The notes under the pieces were generated by a model, which made no database searches, was not told where the DNA came from, and was given only the letters and a program-made list of their open reading frames with translations. From Anaerolineaceae bacterium (GTDB lineage: Bacteria; Chloroflexota; Anaerolineae; Anaerolineales; Anaerolineaceae), in assembly GCA_017995665.1 (NCBI GenBank), contig JAGOIM010000001.1:3992-39000 (forward strand): 35,009 nucleotides of DNA, in the 5' to 3' direction. Of the stretch, positions 17,300 to 25,963 are shown one piece after another. A program made the translations under genes and the position numbers. Every line of letters starts with the position of its first letter. Positions within the stretch are counted from its first letter, which is position 1.

Positions 17300-17371
17300 A
17301 GCCGACGATGGGAATCGAACCCATAACCTACCACTTACAAGGCGGTTGCTCTACCATTGAGCTACGTCGGC
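17300..17371 (-). tRNA. tRNA-Thr (anticodon UGU)
   Basis: The cloverleaf folds as GCCGACG...ACCGC-CTTGTAA-GTGGT...TTCGATT...CGTCGGC-T. Confidence 0.9.
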
Positions 17372-17414
17372 GCCCGGAAAATATTCTTTTATTAATGTAT
17401 TCTCAAGACTATAT

Positions 17415-17443
17415 AGTATATCAAAAATTGCACGCTTGCGCAA
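17415..17443 (-). promoter_or_regulatory. Candidate sigma70 promoter of the tRNA-tuf operon: TTGCGC, 17-nt spacer, TATACT
   Basis: The minus strand reads ccTTGCGCaagcgtgcaatttttgaTATACTatatag, about 45 nt upstream of tRNA-Thr(UGU). Confidence 0.5.
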
Positions 17444-17604
17444 GGCTACTTAATAGTCCTTCAATTCCAAAGTGAGAGTTTATCAGAGGTAAACTCATTA
17501 GTCAAGCAATTCCTTACACGAAAACTGTCCGTTTCCGTATGAAAATCAATAGAAATTATTTTATCACTTGTCGCCTGAAAATGGGGACGACTTCCCAAGC
17601 TTCG

Positions 17605-17613
17605 TGGTAAAAT
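17605..17613 (+). promoter_or_regulatory. Extended -10 TGgTAAAAT lying 7 nt upstream of the holB ATG at 17621 (leaderless candidate)
   Basis: The sequence reads cgTGgTAAAATcttgcccATG. There is no Shine-Dalgarno. Confidence 0.45.
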
Positions 17614-17620
17614 CTTGCCC

Positions 17621-18628
17621 ATGGATTGGTCAATTCTCGGTCATGAAACAGCGGTTCGTTTCCTCAAAAACCACTGCCAAAGTGATAAGACGCGTCATGC
17701 TTATCTTCTCACCGGCCCGGATGGCGTTGGGCGTGAAAGGCTGGCTTTGGCTTTCGTTAAAGCCCTCAATTGCCAAAACCCGCCTGCCGAAGCTGAGTTT
17801 TGTGACCAATGTCTGGCTTGCCGACAAATCAACGAAGAACGTTATCCCGATTTAACCATTTTACGGGTTGCCGAAGGAAGCAAAGACCTTAAAATCGATC
17901 AAATCCGCCAAATGCAGCAAAGTCTGGCTTTGGCTCCCTATCAATCGCGCTTTCGTGCTGTTTTGATTCCCGATTTTCAACGCGCAACAGTCGGCGCTTC
18001 CAACGCTCTGCTCAAATCTCTGGAAGAACCGCCGTCCCGGGCACTGATCATTTTGACTGCAGATGCGAAAGAAAGCTTGCTCGAAACCATCTCTTCTCGT
18101 TGTGAAGTGCTTCGCTTACGACCTTCTTCAATTATTGTTGTCGAAAACTTCTTAATCAATGAAAAAGGCATTTCTCCGGCTGTTGCCAAACGGCTTGCGC
18201 ATCTTTCCGGCGGACGGGTGGGCACGGCTTTGAACTATCTGGCTAATCCGGACCTTTTAGAAACATACGATGATGCTTTGGAAAATCTTGGCGATCTACT
18301 CAACAGTCGGCGCAGGGAGCGTTTGCAGTTCGTAGAACGCCTCCACCAACGAAAAACCAGCAATCGCGAAAGTTATAGCTTTCTCATCGCAACCTGGTTG
18401 ACTTTTTGGCGCGATTGCCTGATTCGCCACGAAAAAGCCGACATCCCCTTGGTTAATATTGAGCATGAAACGCTAATAAATCAAACTGCGCTTTCGCTTG
18501 AAAGCCGTCAAATTGAAACTATCCTCAAAAGTCATGAAAAGGCATTGACAGATTTGGATGCAAACCTCAATCCTCGTTTGGTGATTGAAAACCTGCTTCT
18601 AAAACTGCCAATTTTACAGCTTGCATAA
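17621..18628 (+). CDS. holB: DNA polymerase III delta' subunit
   Basis: 'MDWSILGHE..AV..L', the Walker-like 'HAYLLTGPDGVGRERLA', the Zn module 'C....C.QCLAC' and the SRC motif 'ISSRC' are present. Confidence 0.85.
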   Translation: MDWSILGHETAVRFLKNHCQSDKTRHAYLLTGPDGVGRERLALAFVKALNCQNPPAEAEFCDQCLACRQINEERYPDLTILRVAEGSKDLKIDQIRQMQQSLALAPYQSRFRAVLIPDFQRATVGASNALLKSLEEPPSRALIILTADAKESLLETISSRCEVLRLRPSSIIVVENFLINEKGISPAVAKRLAHLSGGRVGTALNYLANPDLLETYDDALENLGDLLNSRRRERLQFVERLHQRKTSNRESYSFLIATWLTFWRDCLIRHEKADIPLVNIEHETLINQTALSLESRQIETILKSHEKALTDLDANLNPRLVIENLLLKLPILQLA

Positions 18629-19836
18629 TGGAAGAGATCCAAAAACCCGAACCCACTCAAGAAACTGAAAAATTGCCTCCGCTTAGAACGCGCCTAATAG
18701 AGCTCTTCCTGGCTACTTTGAAAATCGGGATGACCAGTTTTGGAGCGCCAACCGCTCACGTCGCCATGATGGAACGCGAATTCGTCCGTAAAAGAAAGTG
18801 GATTAGCGAAGAGGTTTTCCTCGACCTTCTCTCGGCTGCCAATTTGATTCCGGGTCCAAATGCCAGCGAAACCTGTTATCACGTCGGCTATATTCGAGCC
18901 GGCTATCCGGGACTTTTGGTTGCCGGCTTGGGCTTTATCGCTCCCGCCTTTCTGATCAGCCTGGTGATAGCTTATTTTTACATGGCATACGGCAGCCTGC
19001 CCCAAATTGAGGGCTTATTTTATATTCTCAATCCACTCGTTTTGGCGATCGTCCTTGAAACCACCTTCAGCCTTGGCAAAACCAGTTTAAAAGGCTGGAA
19101 GCAAATCCTAATTTTTGTTTTAGCGATTGTTGCGAAACTTCTCGGAGTGAATGAAGCGCTGATCCTGATTGGTGGCGGTTTTGTTGGTGTTCTCTTGCAT
19201 CATGTCTTGGAAAAACCGAAAAATGGCATGCCTCCGACACAACTTCTGATGTCTCTGCTCCCCATCCCCGGATTGAGCACTTTCCTTGTCCAAGCCGTTG
19301 AAAAAGTTCAGGCGACATTCTCAAGCATATTTCTTTATTTCTTGCGGACAGGTTCGGTTCTCTTTGGCTCTTCATTGGTCTTATTTGCCTTAATCGAAGA
19401 AGACGTGGTCAACCGATTTGGCTGGCTGACTTCACAACAACTGACCGATGCCATCGCCCTCGGTCAAATAACCCCGGGTCCGGTGCTCTCTGCCAGCACA
19501 TTCGTCGGCTACATTGCCGGCGGTTTTGGCGGAGGGATTGCGGCAACCCTCGGTGTCTTTTTGCCCTCCTTCATTATTGTTGCTATCACCGCTCCTCTGG
19601 TAAAAAAACTACGCGAAAATCATCTGACCGGCAGTTTCCTTAAAGGAATCAATCCGGCTGTTGTTGCCATGATTCTTTTTGTTTGTATCAGCCTCGGGCA
19701 AAACGCCTTGGTCGATATCTGGACCTGGCTGGCATTGATTGCCGGTTTGGCTGTCCTTTTCTTCACTGAAGCTCAGCCTTATGTCTTGATCCTGGCTGGC
19801 TTAGCCATTGGAATTTTGAGAATCGTTTTCCTCTAA
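18628..19836 (+). CDS. chrA: Chromate ion transporter (CHR family, two-domain ChrA)
   Basis: 'FGAPTAHVAMMEREFV..RKWISEE.F.D.L....LIPGPNAS' marks the first domain. The second half repeats it with 'GQITPGPVLSASTFVGY'. The ATG overlaps the holB TAA (TAATG). Confidence 0.8.
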   Translation: MEEIQKPEPTQETEKLPPLRTRLIELFLATLKIGMTSFGAPTAHVAMMEREFVRKRKWISEEVFLDLLSAANLIPGPNASETCYHVGYIRAGYPGLLVAGLGFIAPAFLISLVIAYFYMAYGSLPQIEGLFYILNPLVLAIVLETTFSLGKTSLKGWKQILIFVLAIVAKLLGVNEALILIGGGFVGVLLHHVLEKPKNGMPPTQLLMSLLPIPGLSTFLVQAVEKVQATFSSIFLYFLRTGSVLFGSSLVLFALIEEDVVNRFGWLTSQQLTDAIALGQITPGPVLSASTFVGYIAGGFGGGIAATLGVFLPSFIIVAITAPLVKKLRENHLTGSFLKGINPAVVAMILFVCISLGQNALVDIWTWLALIAGLAVLFFTEAQPYVLILAGLAIGILRIVFL

Positions 19837-19869
19837 GTTCCTTAAATTTTCTGAGGGCTTGCCCGGCTT

Positions 19870-19878
19870 TGGTACAAT
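19870..19878 (+). promoter_or_regulatory. Extended -10 TGgTACAAT lying 9 nt upstream of the pcrA/uvrD ATG (very short or no leader)
   Basis: The sequence reads ttTGgTACAATtccataactATG. There is no Shine-Dalgarno. Confidence 0.4.
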
Positions 19879-19887
19879 TCCATAACT

Positions 19888-22083
19888 ATGGAAGATTTAC
19901 TCGAAAAGCTCAACCCCCAACAACAACTCGCAGTTGCTGCCCCTCCCGGACCCACCCTTGTTTTGGCCGGTCCCGGTTCGGGCAAAACGCGCGTTTTAAC
20001 CTATCGAATTGCTTACCTGATTAGCGTCCTAAACGTTCCTGCCTGGAATATTTTGTCGGTAACTTTCACCAATAAAGCTGCCGCACAAATGGGCGATCGT
20101 GTTTCGCGATTGATTGGCGACCATGCCGATGGCATCTGGTTGGGCACATTTCATTCCATTTGCGGGAGAATTTTACGCCGCGAAGCTGACCTTTTGCCGG
20201 TCAACAAAAATTTTGTGATTTTCGACACGGACGATCAGACATCCTTAATAAAACAAATTTTGCGCGATAACAACCTTGACGAAAAGCTTTATAAGCCCAA
20301 CTCTCTGCTTGCGGCAATTTCGAACGCTAAAAATGATCTCATTTCCCCCGAAAATTTCCCGGCAAAAGATTTCCGCGAAGAGCAAACCAAACGGATTTAC
20401 ATGCTCTATCAGCAGCGCCTGATTCAAAACAACGCCATGGATTTCGACGACATGCTTGTTTATACCAATTATCTTTTCGATAATTTCCCGGTTGTTCGTG
20501 ACACCTATGCGCATAAATTTGAGCACATTCTGGTCGATGAATTTCAGGACACAAACTATTCGCAATATGCAATTTTGCGCCAACTCGCCAGTAAGCATAA
20601 AAATCTTTATGTCGTCGGTGATGAAGACCAGTCGATTTATCGCTGGCGCGGTGCCGATTATCGCAATATCAACCGCTTCAAAACCGATTTCAAAAACGCA
20701 AACGTAATTTTGCTCGAACAAAATTATCGCTCCACCCAAATCATTTTGGACAGTGCCATGGCAGTAATTAATCACAATGCCAACCGGACGCAAAAGAAGC
20801 TTTTCACCCGTTCGGACACGGGCGATAAATTGCGTCTGATTGTTGCCGAAGATGACCGTCATGAAGCCGAATTGATTCTTACCGATATCGCCAGCGGCAT
20901 TAAAGCCGGAAGAAATCCGGGCGATTACGCTATCATGTACCGCATGAACGCTCAAAGCCGAATTTTAGAAGAAGCTTTCAGGCGTGAAGGGCTAAATTAT
21001 CGCTTGGTCGGTGCCCAACGTTTTTATGGGCGCAAGGAAGTACGCGATATGATTGCCTTTATGCGCCTGGTTTATAACCCGATGGACGAAGTCAGCCTGC
21101 GCCGCGTTATCAACCTGCCACCACGTGGAATTGGCGACAAAACGGTGCAAAACCTGGTCAGCCTTGCCCAAAGGAGCGGTTTTAGCGCCGGAGAAACGCT
21201 GCTTAACCTGCTAAATCCAAACAGTTCGGCTGTGGCAGGACTGGGGAAAAGTGCTGATAAATTGCTTGGCTTTGCCAAAATGCTTACAAACTGGCGCAGC
21301 ATTGCGCAGGAAAACAGCCTAAGCACGCTTTATGACCGGATTTTGGCGGATACCGATTTTGAAAACCACATTCGCGATAAAAGCGAAGAAGGGCAGGATC
21401 GCTGGGAAAACCTTATGGAGCTGCGTTTGGTTGTTTTGGAATACGATACCAGAGGGCTTCAGGAGTTTTTAGAATCGATGGCTTTGGTTGCCGACCAGGA
21501 TACGCTGCCGGAAGATTTGGATGCCCCCACCATGCTCACTTTGCATGCCGCCAAAGGACTGGAGTTTGAACGGGTCTATATCGTCGGGCTGGACGAAATG
21601 GTCTTACCGCACAGCCGTTCCCGTGATGAACCTGAAGAGTTGGCAGAGGAACGCCGATTGTTCTATGTTGGCATAACCCGTGCCCGTAAGAAGCTGACGC
21701 TAAGTCGTGCTATGCGTCGTCGCAGCCCCTATGGCACTTATGAAGACATGGTCGCTTCGCGCTTTTTGAAGGATATCCCCGAATATTTGATCAATGAAGA
21801 TATCTATGCCCAACCACGCAGCCAAAGTTTCAGTTGGAATGGCGACCGAGAGAGTTCACGTTGGGAAAGCCCCTCCGGCTTCCGAAATAATGCCCGGATT
21901 CCGCTTGACACTCCCAAAGCAACAAAATATAAGAGTGGTATGCAAGTGCGTCATGGGACCTATGGCAGAGGCGTGGTTAAAAGCAGCAAACTCGAACAAG
22001 GCGACGAAACGGTTGAAGTTTATTTTGAAGGCTATGGTCTAAAAGCCCTGATTGCCTCCTTGGCAAAACTTGAGATCCTTTAA
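19888..22083 (+). CDS. pcrA: ATP-dependent DNA helicase PcrA/UvrD (SF1A)
   Basis: 'LNPQQQLAV', 'AGPGSGKTRVL', 'VDEFQDTN', 'VGDEDQSIYRWRGA', 'LEQNYRS' and 'TLHAAKGLEFERVYIVG' are the SF1A helicase motifs. A C-terminal Tudor-like tail is also present. Confidence 0.92.
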   Translation: MEDLLEKLNPQQQLAVAAPPGPTLVLAGPGSGKTRVLTYRIAYLISVLNVPAWNILSVTFTNKAAAQMGDRVSRLIGDHADGIWLGTFHSICGRILRREADLLPVNKNFVIFDTDDQTSLIKQILRDNNLDEKLYKPNSLLAAISNAKNDLISPENFPAKDFREEQTKRIYMLYQQRLIQNNAMDFDDMLVYTNYLFDNFPVVRDTYAHKFEHILVDEFQDTNYSQYAILRQLASKHKNLYVVGDEDQSIYRWRGADYRNINRFKTDFKNANVILLEQNYRSTQIILDSAMAVINHNANRTQKKLFTRSDTGDKLRLIVAEDDRHEAELILTDIASGIKAGRNPGDYAIMYRMNAQSRILEEAFRREGLNYRLVGAQRFYGRKEVRDMIAFMRLVYNPMDEVSLRRVINLPPRGIGDKTVQNLVSLAQRSGFSAGETLLNLLNPNSSAVAGLGKSADKLLGFAKMLTNWRSIAQENSLSTLYDRILADTDFENHIRDKSEEGQDRWENLMELRLVVLEYDTRGLQEFLESMALVADQDTLPEDLDAPTMLTLHAAKGLEFERVYIVGLDEMVLPHSRSRDEPEELAEERRLFYVGITRARKKLTLSRAMRRRSPYGTYEDMVASRFLKDIPEYLINEDIYAQPRSQSFSWNGDRESSRWESPSGFRNNARIPLDTPKATKYKSGMQVRHGTYGRGVVKSSKLEQGDETVEVYFEGYGLKALIASLAKLEIL

Positions 22084-22175
22084 GCTCTAATCTTACTCAA
22101 GGATTGCCTTCGACTTCTTGCTGACATTTTCCGCTTTTCACCTCCTCCTCCGTTATCTTTACAACAGGAAGAAAA

Positions 22176-22739
22176 ATGATTGGAGCCTTTATGGACAATT
22201 TTGAGGACAAAGCGGCACAAGCAGAGAAAATAAAGGGCATAATTTTAGCTTCCAAAAAAGACCCAGCTGCTTTTTATCCGCTTTATTTGGAGTATGTCGA
22301 CAATGTTTACTATTATGTCCTCTCCAGAATTCCTTCCCATCAGGATGCAGAAGATATAACCGCAGAAGTTTTCACCAGGGCAATCAATCATCTGAATCGC
22401 TATAAAGAAGAAGGCAATTTTCTTGCCTGGCTGCTCACCATCGCCCGCAACTTGACTTTCGATCATTATCGAAATCGTGATAATCATTGGCTGGAGCTTT
22501 CTGAACTTCCTCTTCCAAACGAAGAGTTTGAATTCGAGGTGGAAGATAGACTCCTCTTGAAATCCAAACTCAAACAACTACCCCCTGAGCAATTAGAGAT
22601 TTTGGTCTTGCGCTATAACGCAAGGCTTACTTTTTTGGAAATATCAAAATTTCTTGGCAAAAAAGAAGATGCTGTTCGTAAAGCGCACAATAAAATCATC
22701 GGCTCACTTCGTTCCCAAATGGAGGTTTTAGATGACTGA
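22176..22739 (+). CDS. ECF-type RNA polymerase sigma factor (sigma-70 group 4)
   Basis: Region 2 is 'DAEDITAEVFTRA..FLAWLLTIARNLTFDHYR'. Region 4 is 'LPPEQLEILVLRYNARLTFLEISKFLG..EDAVRKAHNK'. An AGGAAG Shine-Dalgarno lies upstream. Confidence 0.85.
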   Translation: MIGAFMDNFEDKAAQAEKIKGIILASKKDPAAFYPLYLEYVDNVYYYVLSRIPSHQDAEDITAEVFTRAINHLNRYKEEGNFLAWLLTIARNLTFDHYRNRDNHWLELSELPLPNEEFEFEVEDRLLLKSKLKQLPPEQLEILVLRYNARLTFLEISKFLGKKEDAVRKAHNKIIGSLRSQMEVLDD

Positions 22740-24177
22740 AAACTTTGACAAACATGAGATGAACCTTGAAAAGATCTTCGATTATTCCTTGAACAATCAG
22801 ATAAAAGAGCAAATATGGCAGGCTGTTGAAAGAAAAAATGAACAATCAAAGAGAAAGCAAAGCTTCAGGCTTAAATTTTCCCTGGCTGTTCTGGGCGTTT
22901 TGACGATTGTTTTTCTTGCCCTCGGACCAAAAGAAGTCTTTGCACAGATTCGCGCATGGCTAATCCCAAACTATCGGCCAATTAGCCAATTAGAGGATCA
23001 AATTTTATCCCCAGTTGTTGATTTTGAAGAAGAAAGCCCCGGAGAAACACTCAAACTCAGCCTGCTATCAGCTATAAGTACTAATGATGAGCTCAAAATT
23101 GTGGTCGATGTCCGTGGCTTCGACCCAAAAAGTTTCGATGATAGAACTCCTCGGCATTTTGAGCAAGCTTATATTATTCTGCCGGATGGGAAAAGAATCG
23201 ATTCCATCGGTTCCAGTTTTGAGTATGGAAATGATACTACGGACTTTGTTTTAGAAATGGACTTTCCGGCGATTGGCAAGTTTGACGGTGAAGAAATTCA
23301 ACTTTTCATTCCTGATTTACCATTCAAAGAAAATCCTTTTGAACAAGCCTGGAAAACCAGCTTGGTCGTTGAGGCAATTGATTACGAAAAGCAAACACCG
23401 GAAGTCGAGCCAAACTTCATCAATTTAAGCGGCGAAGCTCCCTTTACCACTATCGGAGCGGAAGGACTTAGCGCTGAAATTATTAAAATCAAGCAGTTAC
23501 CAGCCAAAGAAACGGAACTCACCGTTAAAGTCAATTTACCCGAGTCATTCTATCTAATGAAATCAACCACGTTTTGGCAATTGACTGATGATCAGGGCTT
23601 TGGCCATCCCCTGGATTACGCGGTAGTTTATTGCGAAAATTCTTCCCCAAACACCAAGTGCCCGCCTGACGAAATTCAACTCAAATTCAAACCAGCCCTT
23701 CCGGGGAATCGCAGCTACACATTACGTATTTCACGTATCAACATGGCCTTGATTACTGACTCTGATTTTTATGTGGTTGACGGCGAGCCACGATTAAAGA
23801 CTTTTCTAACCGTTGAATTTCCTCAAGACTACCAAGCCGGTGATTTTATCACCATAGACCAATGGCATAAGTTCGGTCCATATGATATCCATATTTTGGG
23901 AATTGAAATCCTCCAGGTTCGAGAAGATTCCGTCCGTTTTCGCTTCGTAATGCAGAGTCCCCAGGCAGTTGGACCCTTAGCACTTTGCATAAACAGGGTC
24001 GGAGGAGGCAGCTGCTCTGGTGAATCGAGGGATGGATTAATCCCTCCTGACCCTGAAGAATACCGGTATTTTTATAACAACGCTGCAACGAAACTAAGTG
24101 GACCGGTCGAATTTTACTTGTCTTCACTAATCATTGAAGAATGGACTGACTTGCATTTGGAATTCAGTCTGGATTAA
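22732..24177 (+). CDS. Putative single-pass anti-sigma factor with a ~400-aa extracytoplasmic domain of unknown family
   Basis: It overlaps the sigma gene by 8 nt (ATGACTGA) and has a GGAGG Shine-Dalgarno. A short cytoplasmic N-terminus with no HxxxCxxC is followed by one TM (FSLAVLGVLTIVFLAL). The ectodomain is beta-rich, with a Cys-containing C-terminal part. Confidence 0.45.
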   Translation: MTENFDKHEMNLEKIFDYSLNNQIKEQIWQAVERKNEQSKRKQSFRLKFSLAVLGVLTIVFLALGPKEVFAQIRAWLIPNYRPISQLEDQILSPVVDFEEESPGETLKLSLLSAISTNDELKIVVDVRGFDPKSFDDRTPRHFEQAYIILPDGKRIDSIGSSFEYGNDTTDFVLEMDFPAIGKFDGEEIQLFIPDLPFKENPFEQAWKTSLVVEAIDYEKQTPEVEPNFINLSGEAPFTTIGAEGLSAEIIKIKQLPAKETELTVKVNLPESFYLMKSTTFWQLTDDQGFGHPLDYAVVYCENSSPNTKCPPDEIQLKFKPALPGNRSYTLRISRINMALITDSDFYVVDGEPRLKTFLTVEFPQDYQAGDFITIDQWHKFGPYDIHILGIEILQVREDSVRFRFVMQSPQAVGPLALCINRVGGGSCSGESRDGLIPPDPEEYRYFYNNAATKLSGPVEFYLSSLIIEEWTDLHLEFSLD

Positions 24178-24218
24178 AAATCCTGGCAGGCAAAGAGCCT
24201 TCACATTTGGAATCTAAG

Positions 24219-24249
24219 CTCCTTCCTTACCGCTATAATAAGGAAGGAG
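24219..24249 (+). promoter_or_regulatory. 11-bp perfect hairpin pairing an anti-SD (ctccttcctta) with the SD (taaggaaggag) of the downstream hydrolase gene; TATAAT (24234-24239) straddles the loop and the first base of the 3' arm
   Basis: The sequence reads ctccttcctta ccgctataa taaggaaggag gacaatt ATG. Confidence 0.5.
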
Positions 24250-24256
24250 GACAATT

Positions 24257-24940
24257 ATGGAAACAACATACACATTTTACGGTCACGCCACGCATGGGCT
24301 TAGTGTGAACAACTATCAATTATTGATTGATCCCTTCTTCACAAACAACCCGGCAACAAAGGCGAAAGCGGAAGATATGTCGCCGGATTACATCTTGATA
24401 AGCCATGGGCACAGCGACCATATGGGCGATTGTCTCGAAATTGCCAAAAGAAGTGGTGCTCTTTGCATCAGCAATTTTGAAATTTGCCAATGGCTGGAAG
24501 CCCGGGAACTAAAAACCCATGCCCAGCATATTGGAGGCGGTTTTCACTACCCCTTTGGCTATCTAAAGCTGACGCTTGCACTGCATGGCTCGATGCTTCC
24601 CGATGGCAGCAATGGTGGGAATCCGACCGGCTTCCTCTTGACCACTCCGGACGAAAAGAAAATTTATTTTGCCGGAGATACCGGTCTCTTTGGCGACATG
24701 GCTCTGATCGGTGAAGAAGGTCTCGATTTAGCAATTTTACCGATTGGCGACAACTTCACAATGGGACCTGATGATGCCCTGAGAGCGGTCAAAATTCTCA
24801 AACCGAAAGTGGTTATCCCTGTGCACTACAACACTTTTCCCCTGATAAACCAGGATGCCGATGCATGGAAAGCGCGAGTTGAAGCAGAAACAGCGACAAC
24901 TGTTGTGGTTTTGCAATCCGGTGAAAGCCTGAGTTTTTAG
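24257..24940 (+). CDS. UPF0173-type metal-dependent hydrolase (MBL fold, YtkL-like)
   Basis: 'YGHAT..L.....LLIDPFFTNNP', 'ILISHGHSDHMGD' and 'VIPVHYNTF' match the family. The 227-aa length is typical. Confidence 0.8.
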   Translation: METTYTFYGHATHGLSVNNYQLLIDPFFTNNPATKAKAEDMSPDYILISHGHSDHMGDCLEIAKRSGALCISNFEICQWLEARELKTHAQHIGGGFHYPFGYLKLTLALHGSMLPDGSNGGNPTGFLLTTPDEKKIYFAGDTGLFGDMALIGEEGLDLAILPIGDNFTMGPDDALRAVKILKPKVVIPVHYNTFPLINQDADAWKARVEAETATTVVVLQSGESLSF

Positions 24941-24945
24941 GAGCG

Positions 24946-25566
24946 ATGATGTTTGGACAATTGAATCCCGAAACTCAAAAACGTATTCCGCCCGGTCAAT
25001 ACCTGACCAGTCGCTTCCCGGTTTTGCATTATGGTCCAATTCCCAAACTGGATCTCAAAAATTGGAACTTCAAAGTTTGGGGAGAAGTCGAAAAACCGCT
25101 CAGCCTGAATTGGGAAGAATTCATTGCCTTGCCCAAGACCAAACTAACCATGGATATCCATTGTGTCACGAAATGGAGCAAATTGGACACCAGTTGGGGG
25201 GGGGTCAGCTTGCGCACACTCTTCGATTCAGGCTTAATCAAACCGACTGAAAAAGCGCGTTATGTCATCCAGCATGCCGAATTTGGCTATAGCGCAAATT
25301 TACCGCTCGAGGTAATCAGTGCCGAAAACTTTCTTTTTGCCACCCATTACGAGGGTGAATTGCTTTCCATTGAGCATGGTGCGCCTTTGCGCGGAGTTTG
25401 TGGCGCATTCCCCGGTCATGAGGATTTGAAGGATGTCTATTTTTGGAAAGGTGCCAAATGGCTGCGCGGACTGGAGTTTAGCGCAAGTGACCAGCCCGGT
25501 TTCTGGGAGCAAGCCGGTTATCATAACGAGGCTGATGTCTGGCGCGAAGAACGGGTCGAAAGATAG
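24946..25566 (+). CDS. Sulfite-oxidase-like molybdopterin-binding oxidoreductase (small ~200-aa form)
   Basis: 'PPGQYLTSRFPVLHYGPIP', 'W.FKVWGEVEKPLSLNWEEF' and 'MDIHCVTKWSKLDTSWGGV' match the family. An AGGAG Shine-Dalgarno lies upstream. Confidence 0.75.
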   Translation: MMFGQLNPETQKRIPPGQYLTSRFPVLHYGPIPKLDLKNWNFKVWGEVEKPLSLNWEEFIALPKTKLTMDIHCVTKWSKLDTSWGGVSLRTLFDSGLIKPTEKARYVIQHAEFGYSANLPLEVISAENFLFATHYEGELLSIEHGAPLRGVCGAFPGHEDLKDVYFWKGAKWLRGLEFSASDQPGFWEQAGYHNEADVWREERVER

Positions 25567-25574
25567 TTTTTCAA
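25532..25574 (+). repeat. Copy 1 of a 43-bp perfect direct repeat (last 11 codons, the stop and 8 nt of the Mo-oxidoreductase gene)
   Basis: ctgatgtctggcgcgaagaacgggtcgaaagatagtttttcaa is identical at 25846-25888. Confidence 0.95.
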
Positions 25575-25845
25575 AACAATTCATACCTGAGTTTCTCATT
25601 TTGCTGAAATAATCTGTTTTCAACGAGGAAAAGAAATGTTTTCAGGACACTAAATTGAGAACCTCAGGGGAGATAAACCCGGCGCCATGAGCGTTGAAGA
25701 TTTCATCGCCTTAGCATTGGATGAGATTGAAAAGAAAATTTAGGTTTGGATAATTCCTGACTTAACTGTAGGCCGAATTCTGTTTTTGAATCCGGCTTAA
25801 TAATTTGCCAGGATCTTGCCGGCTTGAAAAGCACAAGCCGGCCTA

Positions 25846-25888
25846 CTGATGTCTGGCGCGAAGAACGGGTCGAAAGATAGTTTTTCAA
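25846..25888 (+). repeat. Copy 2 of the 43-bp direct repeat (orphan gene 3'-end fragment)
   Basis: It is identical to 25532-25574. Weaker similarity continues upstream, with caagccgg present in both copies. Confidence 0.95.
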
Positions 25889-25911
25889 GAATTTACATAT
25901 TACAAGTCGTG

Positions 25912-25942
25912 AAAAAAGCCAGTCTTTGCGACTGGCTTTTGC
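25912..25942. terminator. Bidirectional rho-independent terminator
   Basis: aaaaaagccagtc tttgc gactggctttt. U-runs occur on both strands. It lies after repeat copy 2 and after the minus-strand LysM gene. Confidence 0.8.
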
Positions 25943-25963
25943 AGTTTTTGACAAAAAGGCGAA

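Noticed and set aside
25687-25743. An 18-codon ORF (MSVEDFIALALDEIEKKI) inside the 271-bp insert, preceded by GGGGAG.
   Set aside because: It is too short to evaluate, the SD spacing is long (~14 nt) and I recognise no family. It is kept only as a note within the duplication finding. ORFs 25703-25954 and 25300-25623 (minus) were likewise judged spurious.
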